Positions 1-12,692 of a stretch of 57,277 bases of DNA are shown here, one piece after another. Both the position numbers and the translations under genes were made by a program. Every line of letters begins with the position of its first letter. Within the stretch, counting starts at the first letter, position 1. The stretch comes from a virus. Lineage: Duplodnaviria; Heunggongvirae; Uroviricota; Caudoviricetes. A model generated the notes under the pieces. That model had not been told where the DNA came from. It saw only the letters and a list, made by a program, of their open reading frames with translations, and ran no database searches. Location of the stretch: the IMG/VR virus record IMGVR_UViG_2721755643_000007. One strand, given 5' to 3'.

Positions 1-426
1 TCACTGGCTACCTGCATCAGGCTGTTTTTTTGTTTCTTCCGCCTCCCGGATCCGGAATAGTTTTTCTGCTTCCGTATCCTTCACCCAGGCTGTGCCGTTC
101 CACTTCTGATATTCCCCTTCCGGCGATAACCAGGTGACATTTTCCGGTAACGAGCCAAGTTCAGAAATAAATAACGCGTCGCCGGAAGCCACGTCATAGA
201 CGGTTTTTCCCCGATGATCTTCAACGAGATGCCACGATGCCTCATCACTGTTGAAAACAGCCACAAAGCCAGCCGGAATATCTGGCGGTGCAATATCGGT
301 ACTGTTTGCTGGCAGACCTGTATGAGGCGGAATATATGCGTCACCTTCACCAATAAATTCATTAGTTCCGGCCAGCAGATTATAAATTTTTATGGTCCGT
401 GGTTGTTCACTCATTCTGAATGCCAT
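1..426 (-). CDS. tfa: tail fiber assembly protein (lambda Tfa-like, variant C-terminus)
   Basis: 141 aa ORF; N-terminus [24 protein letters not shown] matches recalled lambda Tfa; stop codon at 1-3; directly downstream of stf. Confidence 0.85.
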   Translation of the reverse strand: MAFRMSEQPRTIKIYNLLAGTNEFIGEGDAYIPPHTGLPANSTDIAPPDIPAGFVAVFNSDEASWHLVEDHRGKTVYDVASGDALFISELGSLPENVTWLSPEGEYQKWNGTAWVKDTEAEKLFRIREAEETKKQPDAGSQ

Positions 427-3400
427 TATGCAAGCCTCACAATATAGTTAAATGCGATGTTTTTGACGGTGTTTTCCGCGTTACCAGCAGCGTTAACGGT
501 GATGGTGTGTCCATGTGAACCAATCGCAACGGAGTGCGTGTGTGCACCAATACCGACAGTATGTGCGTGTGCACCTGCAGATGCTGCTGTGCCGGACAGT
601 GAGTGGCTATGGTTACCATCTGTACTGGTATTAGCTAACGCCCCCGTAGACATACCTACTGAGCCTTGTACACCCCAGGTATTTTGACCTGAGCTTGTAT
701 AACCATATTGATAAGTATCTTTAAAAACACTGGGGTTAAATCGACGGCCATCTCTATGGCTGTGATTACCAGCTGCATTCGTGCTGCCACTTAAACTATG
801 GGTATGCGCACCAGTGTTATTCGTGGATTTAGTGCCGTAATCAAACGACGATGTGGTTTTCGTCCCCAAATCAGTACTGGATGCGCTGGCGCTGTGGGTA
901 TGCGATTTTATGCCGTCCTGTTCCTGAGACAATACGGCACGACCACTGGCGGGCTTGCCCTTAATCGTCCAGCCACACATATCAGGGATCACGCCTGACG
1001 GATAAGCAACTGCAAGTTTCGGGTAAGCAGATTTGTCAAAAGTCTGCCCCTGCATCAGGGCATAACCAGACGGAACGGTATCTGATGGCCACGGGATTGG
1101 TGCACCGACTGGATAAAACTCTGCAGGAGGATGAGCCGAGGTGTAAAGCTGCGCCCACGGCGACCAGTTTGCGTCGGTCGTATCCCGTCGTGAACGAATA
1201 AATGCCGGAGCATGAGCACCGCTTGTACCACTCCAGCCGATGAGTAACTCACCTTCGCCAACGGCTGTCATCCCTTTCAGGTGAATGATATTTCCATACG
1301 CTGTTGGATATCCGTTGTTATACACCTCGTATAACTCAAGACCTGTTGCCCCCTGCGTATTGTCTGTCAGCGCGGTTACCCGACCTTTTGAAGACAGATT
1401 AACTGATGATACTGCTGTTCCACCTGACGGTAACGCCCCGATCTCTGATGCCGTTGGCTTATTTCTGGAGTTATAGTCCCTTCGCCAGCCAGGTGAATAA
1501 TCTGTTCCGTGATTAATATAGGTAAACTGGGCGTTAGTTGTTCCACCACCAGTGGAGGTGGTCGGTGTGGTAATGCGGATCGTCATCGCTGACTTTATCC
1601 CCATTACTTCAATGACAGCTCCGGCGAGATGAATATTACCGCAGCCAGTATCAGTAATGATTTTATTATTGCCATAAGACCAGGAACCCTTGCACATCCA
1701 GTATGGATGGTTAAATGCTCCCTGAGAATCCAGCCACTCGATAAACTGTGCAGTCGTCCAGTTTCCTGTTGTTGTGCTTACTGACCCACCGAAGGCACGG
1801 CAGGCACCAATATTTTTCGTAAAGGTGTCTTTGCCAGGGATATCCGCACCGTTCTGATCTTTCTGCAGACGTTTCTCAGCATTGTCATTGGCTGCTTTTA
1901 CTGCCTTTGGCGTTGCCGCCAGCGTTTCAGACGTGCTGTTGGTCGCGCTGCTTAGCTGGATTATCCCTTTCTGTGCTGTCGTTGCATCCTGTGCGGTGTA
2001 TTTCCCGTTAGCCAGGTCATACGCGGCCTTAACGGCTTTTGGCGTTGCCGCCAGTGACTCGGAAGTGCTGTTGGTCGCACTGCTGAGCTGTACTATCCCC
2101 TTTTTCGTCGTGCTCGCATCCTCAAGCGCCACAGCGGATGCAATATCCTCTGCCCGTTTTGCTGCTGTCTCGGCGCGCGTTGCTGCGGATTCCGCCGTAC
2201 TTTTGCTCTGTGCTGCCGCCGTCGCACTGCCAGCTGCCTCTGTCGCCTTCGTGGATGCTGTCGTGGCGCTGCCCTTCGCTGCTGACGCTTGTCTGGTCGC
2301 CTCATCTTTTGAAGCAGACGCCGATGAGGCCGATGACGCCGCCGAACTGGCGGACGATGCGGCAGCCGTTTTTGAGGATTCTGCGCTGGTTTCCGACGCT
2401 TTCGCGTTCGTTTCGGATGTCTTCGCTGCGGAAGCTGACCTCGCTGCTGCGCTGGCCTGTTCAGTGGCTTCGCCAGCCTTCGTTGTGGCTGTTGAAGCGG
2501 ATGATGCGGCGCTTTCTGCCGACTTTCCGGCAGCGGTGGCACTGGCTGAGGCCTGCCCGGCACTTGTTGACGCGGCACTGGCAGACGACGCAGCCGCTGT
2601 TTTTGAGCCTGCCGCAGCTGAGGCGCTCTGTCCCGCTGCCGTCTCAGAAGACCTGGCGTTCGTCTCGGACGTTTTTGCCGCCTTCGCGGAATTTGCTGCC
2701 GCCGTTGCCGAGGAAGCTGCGCTACTGGCGCTCGAGGATGCGTTCGTTTCTGATGATTTTGCCGCCTCTTTTGAAGCCGACGCATCCCGGGCTGAGGTGG
2801 CAGCTTCTGACGCTTTCGTAGTCGCGGTGGATGCAGAAGTGGCTGCTGATTGTTGTGACGCTGCAGCATTCGTTTCTGACGTTTTCGCGGCTCTGGCACT
2901 GGTAGCTGCCGCGCTTTTTGAGGACTCTGCAGCGGCAGCACTTTTTTCCGCTTCAGTGGCCTTTGTTGATGCCGTTCCTGCGCTGGAAGTCGCTGACTGA
3001 GCCGACGACGCGGCCTGTCCGGCTGACGTGCTGGCTGCGCGTGCTGAGCCTGCAGCATCAGTCGCATGGGTTGCCGCCTCACGGGCTGATGTGCTGGCAT
3101 CACTGGCTGACTTCTTCGCGGCTGCCGTGTTCTGTGCCACCACGGACGCGTTACGCGCCACCTCTTCCACCATCAGCTCAAAACGGCGCAGTGCCTCCGG
3201 ACGGGCATCATCCTCCGTCATGGCACCGAGAAAATCATTCAGCGTACCGGGTCGGGAATCTTCATACACTGTGATGGTCCCGGCATGTGACGGCGGGAAT
3301 CCTTCCACCAACAGACTGACGCTGTACTGACCGTACTCAACGTCCATACTGTAACGCCCGGCTTCATCCGGATTTTCAGATGCCAGCGTGTTCACCACCA

Positions 3401-3497
3401 CCGTGGTACTGTTACGTTTTGCTTTCAGCTGGATTGTGCAGTTCTGTACCGGTTTTCCTGTGCCGTCTTTCAGTACACCTGAAATTTTTACTGCCAT
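426..3497 (-). CDS. stf: side tail fiber protein (lambda Stf-like)
   Basis: Start [17 protein letters not shown] matches lambda Stf; long Ala/Ser/Thr-rich repetitive shaft; C-terminal HxH repeats (HSHS, HAHT, HTHS, HGHT) and ending [11 protein letters not shown]. Confidence 0.85.
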   Translation of the reverse strand: MAVKISGVLKDGTGKPVQNCTIQLKAKRNSTTVVVNTLASENPDEAGRYSMDVEYGQYSVSLLVEGFPPSHAGTITVYEDSRPGTLNDFLGAMTEDDARPEALRRFELMVEEVARNASVVAQNTAAAKKSASDASTSAREAATHATDAAGSARAASTSAGQAASSAQSATSSAGTASTKATEAEKSAAAAESSKSAAATSARAAKTSETNAAASQQSAATSASTATTKASEAATSARDASASKEAAKSSETNASSSASSAASSATAAANSAKAAKTSETNARSSETAAGQSASAAAGSKTAAASSASAASTSAGQASASATAAGKSAESAASSASTATTKAGEATEQASAAARSASAAKTSETNAKASETSAESSKTAAASSASSAASSASSASASKDEATRQASAAKGSATTASTKATEAAGSATAAAQSKSTAESAATRAETAAKRAEDIASAVALEDASTTKKGIVQLSSATNSTSESLAATPKAVKAAYDLANGKYTAQDATTAQKGIIQLSSATNSTSETLAATPKAVKAANDNAEKRLQKDQNGADIPGKDTFTKNIGACRAFGGSVSTTTGNWTTAQFIEWLDSQGAFNHPYWMCKGSWSYGNNKIITDTGCGNIHLAGAVIEVMGIKSAMTIRITTPTTSTGGGTTNAQFTYINHGTDYSPGWRRDYNSRNKPTASEIGALPSGGTAVSSVNLSSKGRVTALTDNTQGATGLELYEVYNNGYPTAYGNIIHLKGMTAVGEGELLIGWSGTSGAHAPAFIRSRRDTTDANWSPWAQLYTSAHPPAEFYPVGAPIPWPSDTVPSGYALMQGQTFDKSAYPKLAVAYPSGVIPDMCGWTIKGKPASGRAVLSQEQDGIKSHTHSASASSTDLGTKTTSSFDYGTKSTNNTGAHTHSLSGSTNAAGNHSHRDGRRFNPSVFKDTYQYGYTSSGQNTWGVQGSVGMSTGALANTSTDGNHSHSLSGTAASAGAHAHTVGIGAHTHSVAIGSHGHTITVNAAGNAENTVKNIAFNYIVRLA
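1880..3130. repeat. GC-rich periodic Ala/Ser-rich coding repeats inside stf, giving long spurious ORFs in several frames
   Basis: Reiterated [13 protein letters not shown] peptide units in the Stf translation; overlapping ORFs on both strands in the same span (1882-3000 +, 2093-3103 -, 2138-2821 +). Confidence 0.5.
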
Positions 3498-3508
3498 ATT
3501 CACCCCAC

Positions 3509-3537
3509 AAAAAAGCCCGCCTGAACCGGCGGGCTGT
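3509..3537 (-). terminator. putative rho-independent terminator between lom and stf
   Basis: Minus strand reads GCCCGCC-GGTTCA-GGCGGGC followed by TTTTTTG. Confidence 0.5.
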
Positions 3538-3561
3538 CATAACACTGTGTTACCTGGCTAA

Positions 3562-4161
3562 TCAGAATTTATAACCAACACCCACGATGAACCCGTCAGT
3601 GCGCCAGTCACCACTGCCGGAGCCTTCATAAGCGACATCAATGGCCACGGATTCGGTCGGGTTAAACTGCACGCCAGCTCCCCACGCCAGAGACGTGTTG
3701 CTGTGGCGACCGTCATCACTTCCGGTCAGCACATCGTGCTTTTTCCCCTTGTTGTCAGTTACGCGGAGATAATCCCCGGAGAAAGTCGACACACGGCTGT
3801 AAGCCACACCCGCCATCGCATACGCGCTGAACCATTCATTCACGCGCACAGACGGCCCCGCCATTACGCTGAACCAGCGGTTACGAACGGAATCTTCATG
3901 CCAGCGGGTATCGCTGTAACGGGTAAGCTGGCGATTCTTGTCTCCTGCATAGCTGAACGACGTCACCATCCCCAGTGTGTCCGTAAACTCATAACGGTAT
4001 TTCACGTTAATCCCGTTCAGATCATCACTGCCGGGAACGTTCGTCCGGGCATGAAGATACCCCGCGCTCAGCGTGGACTGATGTTCAGACGCCCATGCAG
4101 GCGCACCGGATACGGCCAGACAAATGGCTGCGGACAAAATGGCGGCATAAAGTTTACGCAT
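3562..4161 (-). CDS. lom: Lom outer membrane protein (Ail/Lom family)
   Basis: 199 aa with signal peptide, beta-barrel-like sequence ending GVGYKF; position between J and stf as in lambda. Confidence 0.9.
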   Translation of the reverse strand: MRKLYAAILSAAICLAVSGAPAWASEHQSTLSAGYLHARTNVPGSDDLNGINVKYRYEFTDTLGMVTSFSYAGDKNRQLTRYSDTRWHEDSVRNRWFSVMAGPSVRVNEWFSAYAMAGVAYSRVSTFSGDYLRVTDNKGKKHDVLTGSDDGRHSNTSLAWGAGVQFNPTESVAIDVAYEGSGSGDWRTDGFIVGVGYKF

Positions 4162-4231
4162 AATTACCTCTCGCTTTTCTGCAATAAAAAAGGCGTCATT
4201 CCTGACGCCCTTTATTGGGGTTATAAATATT

Positions 4232-7200
4232 TCAACGAATACTGATGCCGGAAGCGGCTTTTTTGGTCACAATCACCGTACAGTCGGTGATATTGCCTGC
4301 CCCCTGATTGCCTTTCTGGAAAACCTTAAACTCCAGAGTGACGCTTCCCCTGCCACTCGGCATATCAATAACCGCACTGTAGCTACCGGGAATGGCCCCT
4401 TTAGTTTCTCTGGATGCGATTAATACACCGTTTTTGCGAACTTCAAAACCATAACCCGTGTATCTTGTACCTCCCGGGTTATTACCACTTCCCGGATCGC
4501 TATACGCTATTCCGTTAAAGATAATGGGCGGAATAATGATTTGACGGTCAAAGTTATGATCATCGCTGATGGTGACTGTAACCGTCCCGTTTGGTGTTTC
4601 CGTGTTACCCCACGTACCAGCCTGTTTCGGGAATGATTTGGATACAGCTTTAACGAAGTCACCTCTGACCTGAGTCGCCTCCAGCATGCCCTTAATCGTA
4701 CAGTTTTCATTTACCGTGACATTGTTGAGCGTCCCGGCGTTCGCATTCACGTTACCGCTGATATCGGCATTTTTCGCCGTCAGCCGCCCGTCCGGTGTCA
4801 GGGAAAATACCGGAGGATTACCGCCGCTGGTAATGGTGGGAGCCGTCAGGCGTTTCAGGAACACTTCGTTCATGAATATCTGATCGCCCTGACCAACAAA
4901 CATCGGCTTTGTGTTGCCATTCGCAGGATTAATCATCGCAATCCTGTCTGCCGCCAGCAGCACCTGACTCTGCATGCCGCCAGGGGTGTTCTCAATACCG
5001 GCACCAATACCCGCGATATAAAGGCGTCCGTCCTGCATCTGCTGCAGCTTCACAGCCCACATGCTGTTCAGGTTATTATTTGTATCAACCTGAACCTTCT
5101 GTATCTGCTGAATTGCCGCACTCTGGTCTTCCAGTTTCTTATTGACGGTCTGTGTGATTTCATTGCTGACATCCGTAATGGATGTCCTGATTTCAGCCAG
5201 GTCAGGCGCAAGCTGACCGTTATCAATCTGCGTCCACAGCTCCTGAGCCAGATGGGTTTTCCCTATCTCGCCTTTGAAAAAATCCAGATAGCCGGATGCG
5301 TCATCACTCGGCTGACCAACAGCCTCCACGAATGCCGATTTGCCAACGGTGTTCACACTGCGAACGTAAAAATAATAATCATGGCCCGGTTTGATATTGA
5401 TACTGGCGGCTATCCAGTACAGCGCCGTGCCAAGATAGCGGGCTGTGGTTTCAACCTGCCTGATATCCGCAATCCGCTTTTCCGAGAACCAGAACTCAAA
5501 CTGTACCGTCGGATCATAAACGGCAAGATGCGGCGTGGCGGTTATCTGAAAATAGCCCGGCGTCAGCTCAATCCGCGACGGCGCTGCCGGTGCGGCAATC
5601 CGGAACGATACCGACGCCGGATCGCCCTGCTGTCCCCATGCATTTACTGCCCGGACTGTCAGCCTGTAGTTCCCCAGAGCCAGTTGTGTGAAGCGGTAAG
5701 TGGTTTCCGTCGTCCGGGCCGTGCTGACCAGCCGCTCACTGCCGTCATCCGCTGCCACGGTCAGGCGAAGCATAAAGCTCACCCCCTTCACCACCTTCGG
5801 CGTGTCCCAGCGGGCCAGCACCTGGTATTCCCCGCTGTCTGCGGTGACTTCGGCGGTCAGATGCTGCACTGCTGGCGGCGTGACACCATTCACCGTGCCG
5901 CTCTGGTTACCGTCAAAGTGCGCCCCGTTATCCACGATGGCTTCTTTCTCCGGTACATGCTGCACTGCAGTGATGGCATACGTACCGTCGTCGTTCTCAC
6001 GGATACTCACACAGCGGAACAGGCGCTGGCGCAGCGTCGGCAGCTTCAGCCCCCACACGCTGTACTCGGCAACGCCGTCAGGAACCCGGCTCACTTTCAC
6101 CTTCACGCCGTCGGTGATGGACTGGACCTCCACGCTGACCGGACTCCCCTGCCCGTCAACCAGGCTTATCAGCGTGGTGCCGGAAGATGGCAGCGTGATT
6201 TCACGGTCGAGCGTCAGCGTCCGGGTCTGGCTGTTTACCGCCAGCACGCGCCCGCCGGTGCGGATACCGGCATAGTCATCATCGCAGATTTCAATGACAT
6301 CGCCCGGTACATGGCGAAGCCCTTCGGCACCCACGCTGAAGTCCACGGTCTGCGTTTCCAGCAGTTCTGTTTTAATCAGCCACAGCCCGGCGCGGTGTGC
6401 CTGCCCCCGGCTGGTACAGCCAAAGGCATCCATCTTCGTGACGTTACGACCGTAACGGGCAATGGCCTGCGTGTCCTCCACAAGCTCTGTCGCCGTCTCC
6501 CAGCCGTTATTCGGGTCAATCCAGTTCACCTCAACGGCATTATGGCGGTCCTTCAGGGCGCTGAAGCTGTAGCGGAACGGCGCACCATCATCCGGCATCA
6601 CCACATTACTGCGGTTATAGGTCCACACCTTATCCGACGGTCGGTCCTGCACGAACGTCAGCGTCTGCCCGTTCCATACCGGCATACAGCGCATCGCAGA
6701 GCAGAAATCACTGAGCACATCCCACGCCTTGCGCTGTGTGGTCAGGTACGCATTACAGGTGATGCGCGGCTCCGTGCCGCCAAAACCGTCCGGCACCGAC
6801 TGATCGCAATGCTGGCCGATGACATACAGCGCCCATTTGTCCACATCCGCCGCACCAAGACGTTTCCCCATGCCGTAGCGCGGATGGGTCAGCATATCCC
6901 ACAGACACCAGGCCATGTTGTTGCTGTATGCTGGCTTAAACGTTCCGTCCCAGATACCGCTGTATTGCCGCGTCTGCGGGTTATAGTTCGACGGCACCTG
7001 CAGAATGCGCCCGCGCAGATGATAATTACGGCTCACCTGCTGGCTGCCGAACTGCTCCGAATCCACCTGCACGCCGACCAGTGCCGTGTTCGGGTAGCAC
7101 TGTTTCACATCGATGATTTCGGTGTATGACGACCAGAGCGTTTTGTTCTGCAGCTGGTCTGTGGTGCTGTCCGGCGTCATCCTGCGCATCCGTATATTGA

Positions 7201-7729
7201 ACGGGCGCGGCGGCAGGTTACCCACCACCACCGAGGCCAGATACTGCGAGGTGGTTTTGCCCTTAATGGTGATGTCTTTTTCCGTCACCCAGCCACCATT
7301 ACGCTGGATCTGAACCAGCAGGCGGACTTCCGACGGATTCCGGTCCCCCTTTGAGGTGGTTTCCACCAGTGCCTGCACACCGAAGGTAAAGCGCAGACGG
7401 TCGATGTTTGCAGACGTGATGGTCCGGGTGATCGGCGTGTCGTATTTCACTTCCGTACCCAGCACCGTCTCGGAACCGGAGGATTCAAATCCCTCCGGCG
7501 GTGTCTGCTCTTGCTCACCTGCCCGGAACACCACCGTGACACCGGAGATGTTGGTATTCCCCTCACTGTCCAGCACCGGTGTACTGTTCAGCAGCACGCT
7601 TTTTAATCCATCCACCGGACCTTCAATCGGCCCTTCGCTGATGGCATCGATCACACTCAGCAGCTGCGTGGATTTCAGGTTATCCTTCGCTTCGCGCGGG
7701 GTATGCCCCTTACTGCTGCCTTTACCCAT
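4232..7729 (-). CDS. J: host specificity / central tail fiber protein J
   Basis: 1165 aa; N-terminus [37 protein letters not shown] typical of lambda J; position after I. Confidence 0.95.
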   Translation of the reverse strand: MGKGSSKGHTPREAKDNLKSTQLLSVIDAISEGPIEGPVDGLKSVLLNSTPVLDSEGNTNISGVTVVFRAGEQEQTPPEGFESSGSETVLGTEVKYDTPITRTITSANIDRLRFTFGVQALVETTSKGDRNPSEVRLLVQIQRNGGWVTEKDITIKGKTTSQYLASVVVGNLPPRPFNIRMRRMTPDSTTDQLQNKTLWSSYTEIIDVKQCYPNTALVGVQVDSEQFGSQQVSRNYHLRGRILQVPSNYNPQTRQYSGIWDGTFKPAYSNNMAWCLWDMLTHPRYGMGKRLGAADVDKWALYVIGQHCDQSVPDGFGGTEPRITCNAYLTTQRKAWDVLSDFCSAMRCMPVWNGQTLTFVQDRPSDKVWTYNRSNVVMPDDGAPFRYSFSALKDRHNAVEVNWIDPNNGWETATELVEDTQAIARYGRNVTKMDAFGCTSRGQAHRAGLWLIKTELLETQTVDFSVGAEGLRHVPGDVIEICDDDYAGIRTGGRVLAVNSQTRTLTLDREITLPSSGTTLISLVDGQGSPVSVEVQSITDGVKVKVSRVPDGVAEYSVWGLKLPTLRQRLFRCVSIRENDDGTYAITAVQHVPEKEAIVDNGAHFDGNQSGTVNGVTPPAVQHLTAEVTADSGEYQVLARWDTPKVVKGVSFMLRLTVAADDGSERLVSTARTTETTYRFTQLALGNYRLTVRAVNAWGQQGDPASVSFRIAAPAAPSRIELTPGYFQITATPHLAVYDPTVQFEFWFSEKRIADIRQVETTARYLGTALYWIAASINIKPGHDYYFYVRSVNTVGKSAFVEAVGQPSDDASGYLDFFKGEIGKTHLAQELWTQIDNGQLAPDLAEIRTSITDVSNEITQTVNKKLEDQSAAIQQIQKVQVDTNNNLNSMWAVKLQQMQDGRLYIAGIGAGIENTPGGMQSQVLLAADRIAMINPANGNTKPMFVGQGDQIFMNEVFLKRLTAPTITSGGNPPVFSLTPDGRLTAKNADISGNVNANAGTLNNVTVNENCTIKGMLEATQVRGDFVKAVSKSFPKQAGTWGNTETPNGTVTVTISDDHNFDRQIIIPPIIFNGIAYSDPGSGNNPGGTRYTGYGFEVRKNGVLIASRETKGAIPGSYSAVIDMPSGRGSVTLEFKVFQKGNQGAGNITDCTVIVTKKAASGISIR

Positions 7730-7789
7730 TCGTCATGCTCCATAAACGACAAAACCGCCCGGAGGCGGTTTCACATAAAACATTTTGCA

Positions 7790-8461
7790 TCAGCGACCAA
7801 TCACCACAACCTGACCACCGTCCCCTTCGTCTGCCGTGCTGATCTCCTGAGAAACCACCCGCGACCCCACACGCATTTCACCGTACAGAACAGGCAGAAC
7901 ATTGCCCTGAGCAACCATGTTATCCAGTGAGGAAAAATAGGTGTTCTGTTTGCCGTTATCCGTTGTCTGTGTACGGGGAGTTCTGGCTTTCGGTGCCAGC
8001 ATCTGCGCCACACCACCGAGCACCATACTGGCACCGAGAGAAAACAGGATGCCGGTCATACCACCGGCCCCAATGGCTGCCCCCCATGCTGCAAGGGTGG
8101 CTCCGGCAGTAAAGAATGATCCGGCAATGGCGGCAGCTCCCAGGACAATCTGGAATACACCACCTGACTTGGCCCCGGCGACTCTGGGAACAATATGAAT
8201 CACAGCGCCATCAGGCAGAGTCTCATGTAACTGCGCCGTTAATCCGGACGTGCTGACATCCCGCCCGGCAATCCGTACCTGATACCAGCCGTCGCTCAGT
8301 TTCTGACGAAACGCCGGGAGCTGTGTGGCCAGCGCCCGGATAGCTTCAGCCCCCGTTTTCACACGAAGATCGATGCGGCGGCCAAATCGTTGCAAATCCC
8401 CGTAAAGGCAGATGCGTGCCATGCCCGATGACGCCAGAGGGAGTGTGTGCGTCGCTGCCAT
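7790..8461 (-). CDS. I: tail assembly protein I
   Basis: 223 aa; MAATHTLPLASSGMARICLYGDLQRFG matches lambda I. Confidence 0.9.
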   Translation of the reverse strand: MAATHTLPLASSGMARICLYGDLQRFGRRIDLRVKTGAEAIRALATQLPAFRQKLSDGWYQVRIAGRDVSTSGLTAQLHETLPDGAVIHIVPRVAGAKSGGVFQIVLGAAAIAGSFFTAGATLAAWGAAIGAGGMTGILFSLGASMVLGGVAQMLAPKARTPRTQTTDNGKQNTYFSSLDNMVAQGNVLPVLYGEMRVGSRVVSQEISTADEGDGGQVVVIGR

Positions 8462-9102
8462 TTGTCGGTATACCTCTCTCGTTTGCTCAGTTGTTCAGGA
8501 ATATGGTGCAGCAGCTCGCCATCACCACAGTAAATGGCGGCATGATTCGGCACCGATGAACCAAAACAGCACAGCAGCACATCGCCCGGCTGCGCCGCTG
8601 ACAACGGCACCTGATACAGCCCTGTGGCCTCCAGATTATCCAGATAGAGATTCTGACCGTTACGCCACCAGTCATCCCCGCGATGAAAATCCGGCATCTC
8701 AATTCCCGCCAGATGGTAAGCGTCCCGGAACAGCGTGTAACAGTCCGTTACCCCGTGCTCAAAGCGCCGCCCGGTGAGATGCGGCACACAGCGGAACTTA
8801 TGAATCGCCCCCCGGCAGACCAGCCACCACGGCAAATCACTCTGTACCTGCAGCCGCCGGTCGGCCTCACTCAGCCAGGGCAGACCACCGGGGTGGCTGT
8901 GGACCAGCGCCACAATCTCTCCCTGCATTTCTGCACTCAGCCAGTCCTCCGGCGACATCCGGAAATACTCCTCCGGCTCACCGGAGATATTCACGCAGGG
9001 AAAATATCTTTCCTCCTCCGGCGTTCTCACCACGAAGCCGCACGACTCCGCTGGCGCACATCGCCGGGCGTGCGCCAGAATCGCTGATTCTGTCTCTGTC
9101 AT
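8359..9102 (-). CDS. K: tail assembly protein K (JAB/MPN plus NlpC/P60 domains)
   Basis: HSHP JAMM-like motif and a Cys/His peptidase region; overlaps I by 103 nt as in lambda; an alternative internal start near 8958 would give the 199 aa form. Confidence 0.85.
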   Translation of the reverse strand: MTETESAILAHARRCAPAESCGFVVRTPEEERYFPCVNISGEPEEYFRMSPEDWLSAEMQGEIVALVHSHPGGLPWLSEADRRLQVQSDLPWWLVCRGAIHKFRCVPHLTGRRFEHGVTDCYTLFRDAYHLAGIEMPDFHRGDDWWRNGQNLYLDNLEATGLYQVPLSAAQPGDVLLCCFGSSVPNHAAIYCGDGELLHHIPEQLSKRERYTDKWQRRTHSLWRHRAWHASAFTGICNDLAAASIFV

Positions 9103-9107
9103 GGGAT

Positions 9108-9806
9108 TTACTGCGAAAGTTTGTTAATGGAAAGGAAGCTGCCAAAGTTGCCGACATTATTGCGAAACTTACAGCCACTCAGGCATTTGCTGCATTTATC
9201 CTTCGTGATATCGGACGTCGGCTGGTCATATTCATCCGCGACCGCCGGACCGCTATAACCGCACTCATCGCCGCGATAGGTCCAGGTGCAGGTGTTGGCC
9301 AGCATGATACGTCCCGGAAAAACAGCGCCATCCGTTTCAGTCGGCGTGGACAGTACAAAAGAGGCACTGACCGCGCTCAGTTCGCTGCACTGCTCGATGC
9401 GCCAGCGGCTGATCACCTCCTGCTCCGGATCGGCTTCGCTGTTTCCGTTGACGAAGTTCACCGCATCCAGAAAGCGGGCGTAAACCTTACGCCGGACCAC
9501 CGTTCCGCCGACCAGACTCTGCAGATCTTCCGCCATCCCGGTGATCATGCCGTGCAGGTTAGAGACCGTCAGTGTCGGACGGGCAGCACTGCCCTTGCCG
9601 TTCATCTCAAATCCACTCCCCTGAATGGGATAGGCCTGATACTGCCGACTCTGCCAGGTGACAGACTCACCTTTTTCGTTCTGCTCATTACAGAAAAAGT
9701 AGCGATCCCCGCCTACCTCGGTCAGGTCGATTTCCCAGAGCACCACGCTGGCCGACTGCTCCGCACGGGTGCATTCATTCAGTGTTTCCTGCCGGATATC
9801 CTGCAT
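9108..9806 (-). CDS. L: minor tail protein L
   Basis: 232 aa between M and K; lambda L-like sequence. Confidence 0.9.
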   Translation of the reverse strand: MQDIRQETLNECTRAEQSASVVLWEIDLTEVGGDRYFFCNEQNEKGESVTWQSRQYQAYPIQGSGFEMNGKGSAARPTLTVSNLHGMITGMAEDLQSLVGGTVVRRKVYARFLDAVNFVNGNSEADPEQEVISRWRIEQCSELSAVSASFVLSTPTETDGAVFPGRIMLANTCTWTYRGDECGYSGPAVADEYDQPTSDITKDKCSKCLSGCKFRNNVGNFGSFLSINKLSQ

Positions 9807-10135
9807 CAGTTCACCACCTGTTCAAACTCTGCGCTGAACTCAACACGCAGCATACTGACCCGCGACGACCATTTTGCGCAGGTCACCTTTATCTGCCGCC
9901 ACTCATAAGGCGGCGTCCACAGAAAGGCTTTCCAGCCCCCGTGCTCTTCCAGAAACGACTCCAGTACCGTGGCCTCCTCACGGGGGACAGAAAGCGTCAC
10001 GCTGTACGTTTTCAGGTTGGCATTCAGCCCGGCAGGCGCTCGCTGGGAACAGCCATCACCAAAGCGCACCTTTCTTACAGAAGGGGCCGAAGCCACATCC
10101 ATACCGGGTTTCACTTTCCAGCGGAAGGTTTTCAT
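9806..10135 (-). CDS. M: minor tail protein M
   Basis: 109 aa; MKTFRWKVKPGMDVAS...EFSAEFEQVVN matches lambda M. Confidence 0.9.
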   Translation of the reverse strand: MKTFRWKVKPGMDVASAPSVRKVRFGDGCSQRAPAGLNANLKTYSVTLSVPREEATVLESFLEEHGGWKAFLWTPPYEWRQIKVTCAKWSSRVSMLRVEFSAEFEQVVN

Positions 10136-12692
10136 CGTCCACCTCCGGAGAACAGACCACCATCACGCATCTGCCCGGTCACAACATCCATTGCCGCCTT
10201 ACGGGCTACGTCATAAACAGCCTTCAGCGCCTGTGGCCCTATCTGACCGTTCGTGCCGTCGTTGTTAATCACCACATGGTTATTCTGCTCAAACGTCCCG
10301 GACGCCTGCGACCGACTGTCCGCCATGCTGCCCGGTGTACCGACATAACCGCCGGTGGCATAGCCGCGCATCAGCCGGTAAAGATTCCCCACGCCAATCC
10401 GGCTGGTTGCCTCCTTCGTGAAGACAAATTCACCACGGTGAACAATCCCCGCTGGCTCATATTTGCCGCCGGTTCCCGTAAATCCTCCGGTTGCAAAATG
10501 GAATTTCGCCGCAGCGGCCTGAATGGCTGTACCGCCTGACGCGGATGCGCCGCCACCAACAGCCCCGCCAATGGCGCTGCCGATACTCCCGACAATCCCC
10601 ACCATTGCCTGCTTAAGCAGAATTTCTGTCATCATGGACAGCACGGAACGGGTGAAGCTGCGCCAGTTCTGCTCACTGCCGGTCAGCATCGCCGCCATAT
10701 TCTGTGCAATACCATCAAAGGTCTGCGTGGCTGCACTTTTAACCTGCGACATACTGTCCGTGGCGCTCTCTTCCCACTCACTCCAGCCGGACTTCAGGCC
10801 TGCCATCCAGCTCCCGCGAAGCTGGTCTTCAGCCGCCCAGGTCTTTTTCTGCTCTGACATGACGTTATTCAGCGCCAGCGGATTATCGCCATACTGTTCC
10901 TTCAGGCGCTGTTCCGTGGCTTCCCGTTCTGCCTGCCGGTCAGTCAGCCCCCGGCTTTTCGCATCAATGGCGGCCCGTTTTGCCCGTTGCTGCTGTGCGA
11001 ATTTATCCGCCTGCTGCGCCAGCGCGTTCAGGCGCTCCTGATACGTAACCTTGTCGCCAAGTGCAGCCAGCTGGCGTTTGTACTCCAGCGTCTCATCTTT
11101 ATGCGCCAGCAGGGATTTCTCCTGTGCAGACAGCTGGCGACGTTGCGCCGCCTCCTCCAGTACCGCGAACTGGCTCTCCGCCTTCCACAAATCCCGGCGC
11201 TGCTGGCTGATTTTCTCATTTGCTCCGGCATGCTTCTCCAGCGTCCGGAGTTCTGCCTGAAGCGTCAGCAGGGCAGCATGAGCACTGTCTTCCTGACGAT
11301 CGCCCGCAGATACCTTCACGCCGGACTGTTTCGGCTTTTTCAGCGTCGCTTCATAATCCTTTTTCGCCGCCGCCATCAGCGTGTTGTAATCCGCCTGCAG
11401 GATTTTCCCGTCTTTCAGTGCCTTGTTCAGTTCTTCCTGACGGGCGGTATATTTCTCCAGCGGCGTCTGCAGCCGTTCGTAAGCCTTCTGCGCCTCTTCG
11501 GTATATTTCAGCCGTGACGCTTCGGTATCGCTCTGCTGCTGCGCATTTTTGTCCTGTTGAGTCTGCTGCTCAGCCTTCTTTCGGGCGGCTTCAAGCGCAA
11601 GACGGGCCTTTTCACGATCATCCCAGTAACGCGCCCGCGCTTCATCGTTAACAAAATAATCATCCTTGCGCAGATTCCAGATGTCGTCTGCTTTCTTAAA
11701 CGCAGCCTCTGCCTTAATCAGCATCTCCTGCGCGGTATCAGGACGACCAATATCCAGCACCGCATCCCACATGGATTTGAATGCCCGCGCAGTCCTGTCT
11801 GCCCAGGTCTCCAGCGTGCCCATGTTCTCTTTCAGGCGGCGGGTCTGGTCATCAAACCCTTTCGTTGCGGCCTCGTTCGCCGCCTGCAATGCCCCGGCTT
11901 CATCGCCGGAACGCTGCAACTGAGCAACATACGCAATCTGCTCCGCCGTCACGTTATGGAACTGGCGTGCCATCGCCGTCAGCCCCGACGTCGGGTCTGT
12001 GGTCAGCTTCCCGAAGGCTTCAGCGACCTTGTCCACCTCCACGCCGGATGCAGAGGAGAAACGCGCCACACTCTGGCTGATGGACGCAATCTGAGCCTCA
12101 CCGCTTACCCCCGCCTTAACCAGTGCGCTGAGTGACTCGCTGGTCTGGTTAAACGTCAGCCCTGCCGCCTGCCCGGCTCTGGACAGGACCAGCATACGAT
12201 CTGCCGTCAGTCCCGCCTGATTGCCGGAAAGGACCAGCGTTTGTTGAAATCGGACAGGGTTGAGTTGCCCTGATACCAGGCATACGCCAGCGCTCCGGTC
12301 GCCACCGCCAGCGAGGTAGCCCCGACCATCGGCAGGGTGATCGCACCGGCAAGCCCCCTGAACATGGGGATCATCCCGCCGAAGGAGTCCTTCACCTGAC
12401 CACCCTGTTGCAGCAGGATCAGCCACGGACTCTGCCCGCCTGCAAGCTGCGTGGCCACGTCAGTGAACTGCGCAGGCAGCATACGCATGGCGGCTTTATA
12501 CTGCCCGACGGAAATTCCCGCTTTCTGTGCAGCCAGCGCCTGCCGGTTCATCGACTGTTCAACGACTGCCGCTGTTTTTTTCGCATCACTTTCCGTACCG
12601 GAAAAATGACGCCTGACTCTGGCCATCTGCTCGTCAAATCTGGCCGCATCCAGACTCAAATCAACGACCAGATCGCCTACCGGTTCAGCCAT
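10132..12692 (-). pseudogene. H: tail tape measure protein H, disrupted by a single-base frameshift in a poly-A run
   Basis: ORF 12207-12692 encodes the H N-terminus (MAEPVGDLVVDLSLDAARFDEQ...STLSDFNK) then leaves frame; ORF 10132-12426 resumes H in another frame at TLVLSGNQAGLTADRM; junction at minus-strand TTCAACAAACGCTGG (plus ~12238-12245). Confidence 0.75.

Noticed and set aside
1882-3103. Long ORFs on both strands (372 aa, 336 aa, 227 aa) within stf
   Set aside because: They overlap the Stf repeat region in alternate frames and have extreme low-complexity composition (poly-Ala or Arg/Pro/Gln); artefacts of the GC-rich repeat.
5252-7129. 625-aa plus-strand ORF (and the 191-aa ORF at 5700-6275) inside the J region
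   Set aside because: Antisense to the well-supported J gene; composition is Arg/Pro-rich as expected for reverse-frame translation of GC-rich coding DNA.
8359-8461. 103-nt overlap between K and I considered as a possible frameshift or mis-assembly
   Set aside because: The same overlap is recalled for lambda K/I; both ORFs are full length and lambda-like.
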